Part shown: in pieces, positions 38,276 through 47,698 of the stretch | Layout of the letters: each line of letters starts with the position of its first letter | Numbering within the stretch: the stretch's first letter is position 1 | DNA from: Candidatus Bathyarchaeota archaeon | GTDB lineage: Archaea > Thermoproteota > Bathyarchaeia > Bathyarchaeales > Bathycorpusculaceae | Direction of reading: 5' to 3' | DNA length: 64,000 nt | Assembly: GCA_026014685.1 (NCBI GenBank) | Contig: JAOZHW010000003.1 | Coordinates: forward strand, 35,995-99,994 | Position numbers and translations under genes: made by a program | Notes under the pieces: generated by a model | What the model saw: only the letters and a program-made list of their open reading frames with translations | Database searches by the model: none | Told to the model about the DNA's origin: nothing

Positions 38276-38431
38276 TTTGGTGCCTTCCGTGATTTGGTTG
38301 TTAATGGGTTGATAGGTTTATTATTAAACGGTTGCGGTTGATGCAGATGTTTTTTTCCTAATGGATGTTTTTTCCTTTATGGTTGGATAACTTTTTTATC
38401 TTACTTTTAGGTATTACTTTTTGGTGAGATT

Positions 38432-38662
38432 TTGGTTCAATCTGTGACTGTTTCCACAAAAATCCCCAAACAACTCAAAGAAAAAATACACCGCCTCAAA
38501 ATCAAACCCTCCAAAATCCTACGCAAAGCCCTTGAAGACGAAGTCAAAAAAAGAGAAGTCGAAGAACTAAAAAAAGAAATCGCCAACCTCAAACCAACAC
38601 TCGAAAAAATAACAATGACTGACGTCATTAAATGCATACGAGAAGACCGTGACAGCCGATGA
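38432..38662 (+). CDS. vapB: VapB-like antitoxin (RHH)
   Basis: TVSTKIP..LKE...I..S.ILRKALE.EV, IREDRD; 4-bp overlap with the PIN gene. Confidence 0.8.
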   Translation: MVQSVTVSTKIPKQLKEKIHRLKIKPSKILRKALEDEVKKREVEELKKEIANLKPTLEKITMTDVIKCIREDRDSR

Positions 38663-39054
38663 AGTACCTCTTTGACGCTTCAGCCATCTTTAAAGCCATA
38701 AAAGAAAACAAAATCGAAGCCCTCGCAGGCAACTACACAATAGAGTTAGCAAGATACGAGTTGGGCAACATCCTCTGGAAAGAGCACACCTTACACGCCA
38801 CGCTATCAGAGCAAGAAGCAAAAGCCTTAGCAAAAACCGTCAATCACACCCTCTCCATAATGGGCATAATAGAAACCGTCGGCTACGAAGAAGAGATTCT
38901 GCAAACAGCCATAAACCAAAAAATCACCTACTACGACGCCTCATACGCTCACATAGCCAAAACAAAGCAACTAAAATTCATAACCGAAGACACTCGACTA
39001 ATCAAAAAGATAACCCCCACAACAAACATCACATCACTCGACGATGTCACTTGA
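38659..39054 (+). CDS. vapC: VapC PIN-domain toxin
   Basis: YLFDASA, YELGN, YDASY, ITEDT.L acidic tetrad. Confidence 0.9.
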   Translation: MKYLFDASAIFKAIKENKIEALAGNYTIELARYELGNILWKEHTLHATLSEQEAKALAKTVNHTLSIMGIIETVGYEEEILQTAINQKITYYDASYAHIAKTKQLKFITEDTRLIKKITPTTNITSLDDVT

Positions 39055-39147
39055 TAGCTTGGTTGTTAGATATAACAAGCAGTTATTCTACGTCGGAAAT
39101 GTTTATGCAGTAAGACTCTTTTAGACACACCATCTAAGGCGATATAG

Positions 39148-40068
39148 TTGCATACGAAGAAAATCGGAAAGAACCTCTATCAAGTTGAATTAGACACAGG
39201 CGGCATTAAGCAACTTATCTGCAGCTACATCATAGCTGGCCCTAAACCGATGCTTGTTGAAGCAGGCCCAACCAACTCAGTGCCCAACCTTCTAAGCGGC
39301 ATACAAGAGCTGGGCATAGCGCCCCAAGCTATCGAGTACGTCGCCGTTACCCACATTCACCTTGACCACGGCGGAGGCGCAGGCACCCTACTCAAGCACC
39401 TGCCTAACGCTAAAGTCCTTGTTCACCCCCGCGGCGCACCCCACATGATTGACCCTGAACGCCTCTGGCCTTCTTCACAAGCAGTTTTGGGGTTTGTTAG
39501 CGAAATCTTCGGCAAACCTGAACCTGTTTCCAAAGACCGTGTAGTTTCCCTCACAGAAGGCACCTTTGAATTGGGTGCTGGCGGCAACCTATCAGTGCTC
39601 GAGACGGTTGGGCATGCTTCGCATAACTTGAGTTTCTTTGAGTCGTTCAATGGTGGGGTTTTTCCTGGCGATGCAGCGGGAACGTTTTTGCCTGATTGTG
39701 GGGTGGTAGTTCCGACGACTCCGCCGCCGTTCCACCTTGAAGCGGCATTAGCTTCGTTGGATAAACTCATCGCGCTTAACCCAACCGTGCTGTATTTTAG
39801 TCACTTCGGTATCGCAGACAACGCCGTGGAACGCCTCAAAGCCTACAAGGTGCAGTTGCAGTTGTGGGCAGACATCGCCGAAGCAGGCGTCAAGGCAGGT
39901 CTGAGTTTGGAGCAAATCCGCGACAACATAGTCGCCCAAGACCCCGTCATGACCCAAATCAGTGACTACGTCAAAGCTCATCAAATCTACAAGAAAACCG
40001 TGCTCGAAAACTGTGTCCGCGGCTTCATCGAATACGCCAAAACCAAACAGAGCAAGCCGCAGTCATAA
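39148..40068 (+). CDS. MBL-fold metallo-hydrolase
   Basis: THIHLDHGGGAG, GHASH, GDAAG, SHFG. Confidence 0.92.
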   Translation: MHTKKIGKNLYQVELDTGGIKQLICSYIIAGPKPMLVEAGPTNSVPNLLSGIQELGIAPQAIEYVAVTHIHLDHGGGAGTLLKHLPNAKVLVHPRGAPHMIDPERLWPSSQAVLGFVSEIFGKPEPVSKDRVVSLTEGTFELGAGGNLSVLETVGHASHNLSFFESFNGGVFPGDAAGTFLPDCGVVVPTTPPPFHLEAALASLDKLIALNPTVLYFSHFGIADNAVERLKAYKVQLQLWADIAEAGVKAGLSLEQIRDNIVAQDPVMTQISDYVKAHQIYKKTVLENCVRGFIEYAKTKQSKPQS

Positions 40069-40111
40069 ACGTTATAACATCCAACATCTTTTGTTTGGGT
40101 CGGTGAAAGGA

Positions 40112-41593
40112 ATGGGTGAAAGTGAAAGTAGACCCGCGCCTGAGCGGGTTCCCATAGAGAAAGTTAACGATTACATGTGGCAGATCCCCAAGTATAAATC
40201 CGCCATGCACGTTCCAGGCGTTATTTTTGCCAATCAGGCACTTTTAGAGAAAATGCAAACCGACCGCACACTGTGGCAATGCAGCAACGTCGCACAATTA
40301 CCAGGCATCTACAAACATGCAGTTACGTTGCCTGATGGTCATGAAGGTTACGGTTTCCCCATCGGTGGAGTCGCAGCGACGGATGCAGAAAACGGTGTGA
40401 TTAGTCCTGGCGGCGTCGGTTACGACATAAACTGTGGCGTTCGGCTTCTAGCAACTAATCTATCCGATAAAGATATCCGCCCCAAACTTGCCCCTCTATC
40501 CGAAAGCATCTTTCGCAACGTGCCCTCAGGGTTGGGCAGCAGACGTAAAGACCTAACCATATCCAACCGCGACCTAGAAGCCCTCGCCGTCGAAGGCGTC
40601 CAGTGGCTTATTGACCGTGGGTTTGGTTGGGCAGAGGACGCTAAACACTGCGAAGAAAACGGCCGCATGAAAAACGCCAACCCGGACAAGGTTTCGCAGA
40701 CTGCTAAAAACCGTGGGCTTTCACAGATTGGCACGTTAGGATCAGGTAATCACTTCCTTGAAATTCAGAAAGTGGACAAAATCTTCAACCCTAAAACCGC
40801 TAAAGCTTTCGGGTTAACCCATGAAGGGCAAGTCACGGTTATGATTCACTGTGGTAGCCGTGGATACGGACACCAAGTCTGCAGCGACTACCTCCGCGTC
40901 ATGGAGCACGCCGTCCAGAAATACAAAATCAGCCTCCCCGACCGCGAACTCGCCTGCGCTCCTGGTAACAGTCAAGAAGCCAGAGACTACCTTGAAGCCA
41001 TGGCATGCGCAGTTAACTATGCCTTCTGCAACCGTCAAGCCATCATGCACTGGGTTCGCCAGAGCTTCCAGCAAGTGTACGGGCAAGACCCCGAGAAATT
41101 CGGCTTAAAACTCGTCTACGACGTAGCTCACAACATCGCCAAAATAGAAACCCACGATGTCGGCGAAGGAATGCAGAAAAAGGTGATGGTTCACCGCAAA
41201 GGTGCAACCCGCGCTTTCCCTGCAGGCCACCCCGACGTCCCCGAAGACTACCGCAGCGAAGGACAACCAGTTCTCATTCCGGGCAGCATGGGCACCAGTT
41301 CATGGGTGCTGGTTGGGACACAGAAAGCGATGGATTTGAGTTTTGGTTCAACAGCGCACGGTGCAGGTAGAATGATGAGTCGTTCAGCAGCTAAACGGCA
41401 ATTCTGGGGTGGAGACATAAAAAGTAGCCTCGAAAAACGCGGCATTGCTGTCCGAGCGGCAAGTGCCTCAGTGTTAGCCGAGGAAGCCGACCCCGCCTAC
41501 AAGAACGTGGATATGGTTGCGGAGGTCAGCCACCAAATCGGAATCGCAACCAAAGTTGCGCGGTTGACTCCTTTGGCTGTCGTCAAAGGCTAA
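40112..41593 (+). CDS. rtcB: RNA-splicing ligase RtcB
   Basis: PDGHEGYGFPIGG, GYDINCG, GTLGSGNHF, HCGSRG, HRKGAT, PGSMG, STAHGAGR, EEADPAYK; start ATG 40112. Confidence 0.97.
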   Translation: MGESESRPAPERVPIEKVNDYMWQIPKYKSAMHVPGVIFANQALLEKMQTDRTLWQCSNVAQLPGIYKHAVTLPDGHEGYGFPIGGVAATDAENGVISPGGVGYDINCGVRLLATNLSDKDIRPKLAPLSESIFRNVPSGLGSRRKDLTISNRDLEALAVEGVQWLIDRGFGWAEDAKHCEENGRMKNANPDKVSQTAKNRGLSQIGTLGSGNHFLEIQKVDKIFNPKTAKAFGLTHEGQVTVMIHCGSRGYGHQVCSDYLRVMEHAVQKYKISLPDRELACAPGNSQEARDYLEAMACAVNYAFCNRQAIMHWVRQSFQQVYGQDPEKFGLKLVYDVAHNIAKIETHDVGEGMQKKVMVHRKGATRAFPAGHPDVPEDYRSEGQPVLIPGSMGTSSWVLVGTQKAMDLSFGSTAHGAGRMMSRSAAKRQFWGGDIKSSLEKRGIAVRAASASVLAEEADPAYKNVDMVAEVSHQIGIATKVARLTPLAVVKG

Positions 41594-41710
41594 ACACTTT
41601 TTTCCTTTTCTTTTCATCAGCCACCATATAGTTTAGTTACTGAAAATTAATATCCAGATAATCCCAATCATTAAATAGCGATTTTTTCTGCGCTACCTGA
41701 GGCATTAGAA

Positions 41711-42349
41711 ATGAAGGATGAATGTGGCATATGCGGCAGAGTCATGCGCACCACCTACATGCGGCAGTGTCAACGCTGCAAGAAAATGTTCTGCCGCGAC
41801 TGCATGACCCCAGATGTGGCGACAGGCGACCCTATGTCGATGCTATGCCTCCACTGTGCCCGACGCATCGTTTCCCCCAGAACCGTCAGCAAATACGCAG
41901 GTCTGGAAAGTCACCTCAAATTCCGAGCTGCATTCACGGATTTGGTTACGCTTAAGTTTGCACGCATCGACGGCTTAATCGGCAGCAACCTTCCGATGGC
42001 GGCTTACCGTGACCCGCTTTGGTGGAGTAACACTTCGTCGAGTGCGCATGCTAAGGCGTGGCTGGATGCGGGGTGGGAAGTGCAGGAAGTCAACCTCAAA
42101 GAGGGTACAGTGACTTTCAAAAAAGTCCGCACCTTGCCGCGTAAACCTAAAAAGAAAAGCCTCGAAATCACTCAGCCTTTCACTCCTGTTCCCGTGCGCC
42201 CTTTGCGGTCCTCAAAGAAACCCTCAAACACTAGAGTGTCAAAACTCTACGCTCGAATCAAAAACCTTGAACGCCAACGCAACATGCGCCAACCCATCAG
42301 GGGTATGAAGGGCAAGTCGCAGTATCAGAAGCGGCTTTTCAAGGAATAA
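41711..42349 (+). CDS. Zinc-finger protein fused to a DUF7662-like domain and basic tail
   Basis: CGIC..CQRC..CRDC..CLHC; SKY..L..HL...TL.F..I..LIG..LP..A....WW.N...HA.AW..AGW.V. Confidence 0.65.
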   Translation: MKDECGICGRVMRTTYMRQCQRCKKMFCRDCMTPDVATGDPMSMLCLHCARRIVSPRTVSKYAGLESHLKFRAAFTDLVTLKFARIDGLIGSNLPMAAYRDPLWWSNTSSSAHAKAWLDAGWEVQEVNLKEGTVTFKKVRTLPRKPKKKSLEITQPFTPVPVRPLRSSKKPSNTRVSKLYARIKNLERQRNMRQPIRGMKGKSQYQKRLFKE

Positions 42350-42392
42350 AACCAAATAAGCCCCTTAGCGCTTAACAGTAAAGAGATACTTC

Positions 42393-42920
42393 ATGCCTGA
42401 ACGCACAGTAGATTTAGATGTTGTGCAAGCTTTCGAGAAACTCAAAACCCGCCTCACCGAGAAGGACTGCACAATAATCTCCGAAACCCCGCCCCATCAG
42501 CTTCTATTTGGACAGGGCTCGCTTTGGGGTATCATGCCTAAAACAGCTAAAAAAACCATAAACCTAACCCTACAATCAGAAGGCAACAAAACCAAAATAT
42601 CTTTCACCAGCAAGTTAGCAAAAGACTGGAAAAACATCACCATCATCGGCTGCATCTTAGCGGCTGTTTTGGTGGCAGTGTGCGTTTGGATGGCGCTGGA
42701 TTTGGGAGCTTTTCTGGGGGATGGCAACCCAAGCTTCTGGAGTTGGCTGGTAACCTCGCATGATCAAGTCGAATTCTCTGCAGGTGAAGCCTTCATCAAC
42801 CTTGCATGGGGGCTAACAATTTTCCTCTCAGTAATCATCGCCCTAGAAGCCGCCGTTTACATCTACTGCCATGCAAAAATCGACACCTTCGCAGAAGAAA
42901 CCCTCAGCACACTATCTTAA
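42393..42920 (+). CDS. Hypothetical membrane protein (2 TM)
   Basis: Soluble alpha/beta N-terminus followed by two hydrophobic helices. Confidence 0.75.
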   Translation: MPERTVDLDVVQAFEKLKTRLTEKDCTIISETPPHQLLFGQGSLWGIMPKTAKKTINLTLQSEGNKTKISFTSKLAKDWKNITIIGCILAAVLVAVCVWMALDLGAFLGDGNPSFWSWLVTSHDQVEFSAGEAFINLAWGLTIFLSVIIALEAAVYIYCHAKIDTFAEETLSTLS

Positions 42921-44041
42921 GCTATTTGTTTGCCGCATTTTTCACAGAACGCCGCGTAATCCTTGTTTCCTGCTCCACAGTGACTGCAAGTTTTTCCTTC
43001 GCCTTCAATGTTCTCTAAACTGGTTGAGGCAACGGGCGGTGGTGGAGACGCGGAAACTGATGCAGATGCGGCGGGTCTGGGGCGTCTAGCAGACCAAACT
43101 GTTAGAGCAATCGAAGCTCCAATCGCAAAAACAATCACCACAAACAACGCAGGATTCTCCGAAACCAAATTGAACGATAGAGGCATAACTGGCTGCAATG
43201 AGGGATCAGTTAAGTTGGTGTCGTCGGTTCGGGTCGGGGTGGGTCGCTGTGTAGGTCCAGAAGAAGTGACAGGTGCCTGTGTGGGGCTTGATTTCGGCGG
43301 CACCACAACAATGGTTGGGGTGTATTGTTTGGTTTCGTCTATATCGTAGAGGTATGCGCTTTTTCCTGTGAATTCGATGGGTAGCTGTCCAATTTTGAAG
43401 TTGTTGCCTGTGGTTTCACAGTAATAGTATGTTTTGTTTGAACCCACAGGGTGCTCCCAGTATGTGCCCCGTAAACCGCTACCTAAGATGCCCACGGCGT
43501 AGTGGTTTGTTGGGTTTATGTAGATGGTGCCAAAACCCATGATGATGGTTAAAGTTGCAAAGAGAATCGAGGTGTCTTCACAGTCACCGCCGTCGTCTAC
43601 CAACGTTTCGATGGGGAACCTTGGATACTCATTGTACCCTGCGGTTACGTTGTCGGAGGTGTAGGGTAAACTCTGCACAAACGCTAAGACGAAGCTGACT
43701 TTGTCATAGGAGCCATACCCCATTTGGGTGGCGGTTTCGTTGAGTTTGTCAGCCAGCATTCTTACATAGTGGTCATAAGTGGTAGTTAAAAAACCATAAC
43801 CAACTGGGCCATCACGGGTTCGCCGATAGAGAGAAACCTGCTTGTAATCCTCATAGAGTTCTTTGGGGATGTTTAAAGTCCAAGTCCAATGGTGACCATC
43901 GTAGTCCCAAGCAAAATTCTTCTCGATGTACTCAACATTTTGGGCGCCTACAGGCATGGAGCAAATCATGGAGGAAGCTATAATGAAGACTAAGGTTACG
44001 GTTACGGAGACTTTTAGGGGCCTTAACTTGAGGCTATTCAT
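42917..44041 (-). CDS. Transglutaminase-like surface protein with TM and C-terminal zinc ribbon
   Basis: Signal peptide, FVQSLPY, GDCED, HYAVG, YYCETT; TM; CSHC...CEKC. Confidence 0.85.
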   Translation of the reverse strand: MNSLKLRPLKVSVTVTLVFIIASSMICSMPVGAQNVEYIEKNFAWDYDGHHWTWTLNIPKELYEDYKQVSLYRRTRDGPVGYGFLTTTYDHYVRMLADKLNETATQMGYGSYDKVSFVLAFVQSLPYTSDNVTAGYNEYPRFPIETLVDDGGDCEDTSILFATLTIIMGFGTIYINPTNHYAVGILGSGLRGTYWEHPVGSNKTYYYCETTGNNFKIGQLPIEFTGKSAYLYDIDETKQYTPTIVVVPPKSSPTQAPVTSSGPTQRPTPTRTDDTNLTDPSLQPVMPLSFNLVSENPALFVVIVFAIGASIALTVWSARRPRPAASASVSASPPPPVASTSLENIEGEGKTCSHCGAGNKDYAAFCEKCGKQIA

Positions 44042-44118
44042 CTTTTGATCCTTTGCCTTCTATGATGAAACCTCTAGGGTTTAAAAGTTCTCCCAAACCA
44101 AACTTTTTAGGGAACTGT

Positions 44119-44553
44119 TCAACGCGACCAAGTAATCAAGCTGACGCAGGAAACCGCTACAAGACACGCCAAAACCGCCACCAAAACATAGGAGAAAGCA
44201 GCCAAAACCGAAAGGACACCCAACACCACTGGAACAGGCAACAAAACAGCGTAAAGAAAAACAACCAAACCCAACCTGTTGCCCACGCTTCCCTTTTTGA
44301 GGTTTCCTCTGCCGAAGAAAACCCCTGCTAACCTGCCAAACCCGCTGGTGCACGATTTGCAGTTGTAGCAGCTGCTGCAGCCAAGCCGCCGCAGAATAAC
44401 AAAAACCATAAACGCCAAAAAACCAAGGTACAGCCAACCGTACAGTTGGTTATAAAATCCCACAGTTAAGGCAGCAAGCAGCACCCAAGCCAGCAGTGCC
44501 AAGTTGGATGTAACCAGAAAGTTGCGGTTGAAATCCAGTTTTTCTTCACTCAA
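44119..44553 (-). CDS. Small 4-TM protein with CxxCxxCxxC loop
   Basis: LRRLGCSSCYNCKSCTSGFG between TM2 and TM3. Confidence 0.75.
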   Translation of the reverse strand: MSEEKLDFNRNFLVTSNLALLAWVLLAALTVGFYNQLYGWLYLGFLAFMVFVILRRLGCSSCYNCKSCTSGFGRLAGVFFGRGNLKKGSVGNRLGLVVFLYAVLLPVPVVLGVLSVLAAFSYVLVAVLACLVAVSCVSLITWSR

Positions 44554-44566
44554 AAATTTGTCCAGC

Positions 44567-44872
44567 TTAGCTTGGTTTCTCTGGGGAGGGTGGTTTCTGT
44601 TTTATTATGCCGTAACTCTGTTTCTTCCATGCGTCACGGAACTTGTTGTAGTAATCTACGCCTTGAAACACAGGTGCATAGGCAAGTTCCCATTCTAAGC
44701 CGCATTTGCAGACTGCGTATGCTTTTTTGTTTTTTGTGTCCACGAACATTTGGAGGACTTCTTTGCGGCATTTTGGGCAGTAGTAGGGGCCGTTGACCAT
44801 CTGTTTTGCGTCTTTGGTTAGGATTTTCATGCGGCTGGCAGCGATTTTATGCAGGTCCTTGTCGGAACTCAT
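44567..44872 (-). CDS. Elf1-like zinc-ribbon protein (paralog 2)
   Basis: YYCPKC...VD.K.KKAYAVC.CG...P..Q.VDYYNKF.D; start MSSDK at 44872. Confidence 0.65.
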   Translation of the reverse strand: MSSDKDLHKIAASRMKILTKDAKQMVNGPYYCPKCRKEVLQMFVDTKNKKAYAVCKCGLEWELAYAPVFQGVDYYNKFRDAWKKQSYGIIKQKPPSPEKPS

Positions 44873-45154
44873 GTTTAAGTTGGTGTACGTAGAGTTAGAT
44901 ATAGTATTCCATTTTTGAACCGAAAATTTGTCTATCAATATTGGTGTCGGCTTGTTTGATTGTTCCACGGGAAGTTGAGGTTATAATATTCTCTGTCCAT
45001 GCCACTGCAGAGTATTGTTATACAATATTGACAGGTTTATGTTAGCAATCAAGGCAGACTTTTTTAGTGTTTATCCGTGTTTTTTGTATGATAAATGTTA
45101 AATAGGTTCATATCGGGGCAAGTTTTCATCAAACTTGGAGAGTTGGCAGGGTAA

Positions 45155-45280
45155 ATGGCTGCGTGTCCCAACTGCGGAGAAGAAGTCGAGAAACCCTCAA
45201 AAGTCTTAAAGAACCGCTTTTTCAGTGTAGAACGCTACAACTGCGAAAAATGTCACTTTATGTTCAAAAAAACCAGCTAA
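45155..45280 (+). CDS. 41-aa zinc-ribbon protein, possibly Cren7-like (absent from ORF track)
   Basis: MAACPNCGEEVEKPSKVLKNRFFSVERYNCEKCHFMFKKTS. Confidence 0.75.
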   Translation: MAACPNCGEEVEKPSKVLKNRFFSVERYNCEKCHFMFKKTS

Positions 45281-45295
45281 ACCACACCCGTGGAG

Positions 45296-45655
45296 TCAGC
45301 ATAAAAGCAGATTAACGCTGCAGTTGGCGTATCCTCTATCAATGTATCCTTCAGCGGCTTTTTTCATAAACTCGTACTCGCTTTCAAAAACAAAGTTGTA
45401 ACTCAACAAATCCAAAAACAGGTGCCCTAACGCCACCCTCAAGAAATCCGTAAGCTCCGCCTCATCAGTTGAGCCGCTTTTCTTTACAATCCACTCCTTA
45501 ACCTCTTCGACGTTGATGTTTGCGTAAATGCGGCGGCCTCTTTCTTGGTTGAAACTACCCATCCAGTCATGGACTATGGTGTAGTCTTTGTTGCTGATGG
45601 TTCCTGTTCGTCGGAGGTAGTCGTCGAAGACTAAATGGAGTCTGGTCTGGGGCAC
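45296..45655 (-). CDS. Hypothetical protein with spaced His/Asp residues
   Basis: MP...H ... VHDW ... GHLFLD. Confidence 0.65.
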   Translation of the reverse strand: MPQTRLHLVFDDYLRRTGTISNKDYTIVHDWMGSFNQERGRRIYANINVEEVKEWIVKKSGSTDEAELTDFLRVALGHLFLDLLSYNFVFESEYEFMKKAAEGYIDRGYANCSVNLLLC

Positions 45656-45880
45656 GCCAAATCACGTATTGGGCAGATAAGTTGTAATGTGATGTGATTT
45701 AATTTAACTATTATGAATTTGAAATATTCTTGTAGCTCAATGTGTTTTGATGAATTTTAAACGATAAAAGCCCGCATTTTAACGGTTGATGGGTTAATCC
45801 CCATGTTGGCGCCCTCATTAGAAAGGGACTGCAATAAACTTAAATTACGCTTAGCTAATGGAAATACAGCAATATTGTAT

Positions 45881-45959
45881 GCGGCCGTCGTCTAGTCTGG
45901 TTTAGGACTTTAGCCTTCCAAGCTAATGATCCCGGGTTCAAATCCCGGCGACCGCACCA
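45881..45959 (+). tRNA. tRNA-Gly(TCC), CCA encoded
   Basis: TTAGC-CTTCCAA-GCTAA anticodon arm, CCGGG-TTCAAAT-CCCGG T arm; acceptor stem has a C5-A68 mismatch. Confidence 0.96.
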
Positions 45960-45975
45960 ACCACCCTTGCTTAGC

Positions 45976-46013
45976 GGCTTTATTTAAAGGGAGGAGGTCT
46001 TGGTAGAGCAACA
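45976..46013 (+). repeat. Dispersed cassette, partial copy 5
   Basis: GGCTTTATTTAAAGGGAGGAGGTCTTGGTAGAGCAACA, 16 nt after the tRNA-Gly CCA; shares GGTAGAGCA with copy 4. Confidence 0.45.
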
Positions 46014-46133
46014 AAGAATACTTGTTTACATTCGGTATTGTTTGAAGAGACCGTTTAACAGTCGCAAAGCCAACTTTGAGGGAGCGAAAAGGTGAAATGT
46101 CACAGTGAATAATACAGAGGCAGGTGAAATTTG

Positions 46134-46334
46134 ATGAGTGAGCAACCAAACATGGCAACCATCCAACTAAACGGTGATAAACAGAACTTCATCATCGACA
46201 AAAAAGACTTCAAAACCGGAAGCAGAGGCTACTATGGAACAGGTAAAATGGTGGCTGGCGGCAAAAAATACCAAATCAGCATCCAAGTAGTCGAAATCGG
46301 CTCAAAACCGAAACCAGAAGAAAAGAAAAAATAA
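46134..46334 (+). CDS. Small basic beta-rich hypothetical protein
   Basis: KKDFKTGSRGYYGTGK...KYQISIQVVEIGSK; AGGTGA Shine-Dalgarno. Confidence 0.8.
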   Translation: MSEQPNMATIQLNGDKQNFIIDKKDFKTGSRGYYGTGKMVAGGKKYQISIQVVEIGSKPKPEEKKK

Positions 46335-46349
46335 TTACCCTTTTTTAGT

Positions 46350-46832
46350 TTACGGCAAAACCGCCGCGTTAACTATAACAACTTCTTTTAGGGGACGGTC
46401 GTTTCGGTTGGTCGCCACTTTCCCGATTGCGTCAACCACATCCATTCCAGAGATGACTTTGCCGAATTGGGGGTGCTTGGTGTCAAGGTAATTGTTGTTG
46501 ACTATGTTTATGAAGAATTGGCTGCTGCCCGTGTTCGGTCCCGCGTTTGCCATGGCGATGGTGCCTCGGTCGTTGCGGTTTTTGCGTGTGAACTCGTCTT
46601 TGATTTCGGGTATGGCGGGGTCGCCGTATCCTGTTCCTGTGGGGTCGCCGCCTTGAATCATGAATTCGTCGATGACGCGGTGAAATATGGTGCCGTTATA
46701 GGTGCCTTTTGAGACGAGGTTTTTGAAGTTGCCTGTTGTTATGGGCATGTCGTTTCGGAGCTGGATGGTTATGTCGCCCATGTTGGTGTGAAGCAAGATT
46801 TTAGTTCCATTTGTATACTCGTTTTCTGCCAT
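46350..46832 (-). CDS. Cyclophilin-type PPIase, cytoplasmic
   Basis: FHRVI..FMIQGGDPTG.G, AMANAGPNTGSSQFFIN, LD.KH..FG.V..G. Confidence 0.95.
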   Translation of the reverse strand: MAENEYTNGTKILLHTNMGDITIQLRNDMPITTGNFKNLVSKGTYNGTIFHRVIDEFMIQGGDPTGTGYGDPAIPEIKDEFTRKNRNDRGTIAMANAGPNTGSSQFFINIVNNNYLDTKHPQFGKVISGMDVVDAIGKVATNRNDRPLKEVVIVNAAVLP

Positions 46833-46923
46833 AATAATCGCCTATACCAAATAACTATGACTGCTATTATGCCTATTGTTTAGGTTTATAAGGAAAAAAT
46901 TTTAGATAAAAAAATTGAAACGG

Positions 46924-47574
46924 TTAGCTAACTATTGATGCACGTATAATGGTGACTGGATTGACAGGTAAACTCATTTCACCATTCATAGCAGGGTTTT
47001 CAGTTACGGGTGCATTAGCTATTGCGTCAACAACATCTTGACCTGCAATTACCGTTCCAAACACCGTGTATGTGTCGTCGAAGCCTGCGTATCGTTTAAC
47101 TCCACTGTTATCCACGGTGTTTATGAAGAACTCGCTTGTGGCAGAATTCGGTTGACTGGTTTTCGCCATGGCTATAGTGTATTTGGTGTTGTGGTTGTCG
47201 GTGCCTATTTCATCTTTTATAGGTGCAACATAGCTGTTTACTCGTCCGCCTTGAATCATGAAACTCGAAATCACTCGGTGGAAGGTTGTGTTGTCGTATT
47301 TGCCTTCTTTGACCAGATTGATAAAGTTGCCTGACGTGATGGGTTTGTCGGTTCTTAAATCTATGGTTATGTTTCCTGCGGTGGTTTGAAGTAAAACTTT
47401 AGTTGGAGCAATCGATGCCGGAGCGGAGTTAAACAACCCTGAACCAGCTAACACCCCAAAAACTATAACAACCACTGCTATGACGCCGAGTGCTATCCAG
47501 GTGGATTTGTTGGAGTTGCGTTTCTGCAGTTGCTTTTTAGGTGGCAGGTTTTTTTTCTTGTGTTTTGGAGCCAT
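46924..47574 (-). CDS. Cyclophilin-type PPIase with N-terminal membrane anchor
   Basis: Lys-rich N-terminus plus TM; FHRVISSFMIQGG, AMA.T..PNSATSEFFIN, YTVFG. Confidence 0.92.
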   Translation of the reverse strand: MAPKHKKKNLPPKKQLQKRNSNKSTWIALGVIAVVVIVFGVLAGSGLFNSAPASIAPTKVLLQTTAGNITIDLRTDKPITSGNFINLVKEGKYDNTTFHRVISSFMIQGGRVNSYVAPIKDEIGTDNHNTKYTIAMAKTSQPNSATSEFFINTVDNSGVKRYAGFDDTYTVFGTVIAGQDVVDAIANAPVTENPAMNGEMSLPVNPVTIIRASIVS

Positions 47575-47645
47575 GCCTCTGTAGTCTTCTGCTTTTCATA
47601 TAAAATTTTTCCCCAATCACTATAGAGAATCAGGTTAAGCTCTTT

Positions 47646-47698
47646 GAAATCACGCGACGTCTCTGCGCAGAGGTCCCCTCCCTTATTTAAAGGGTAAA
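47646..47698 (-). repeat. Dispersed cassette, copy 3
   Basis: Reverse complement CTTTAAATAAGGGAGGGGACCTCTGCGCAGAGACGTCGCGTGATTTC, 40/47 identical to copy 1; just past the initiator tRNA 3' end, upstream of the cyclophilin. Confidence 0.85.

Noticed and set aside
36708-41593. Archease and rtcB proximity as a novel system
   Set aside because: A well-established functional pair; the intervening M42, VapBC and MBL genes are ordinary.
45655-45880. C/D-box sRNA in AT-rich intergenic DNA
   Set aside because: TGATGA is present but there is no suitably spaced CTGA D box; the region is more simply the tRNA-Gly promoter.
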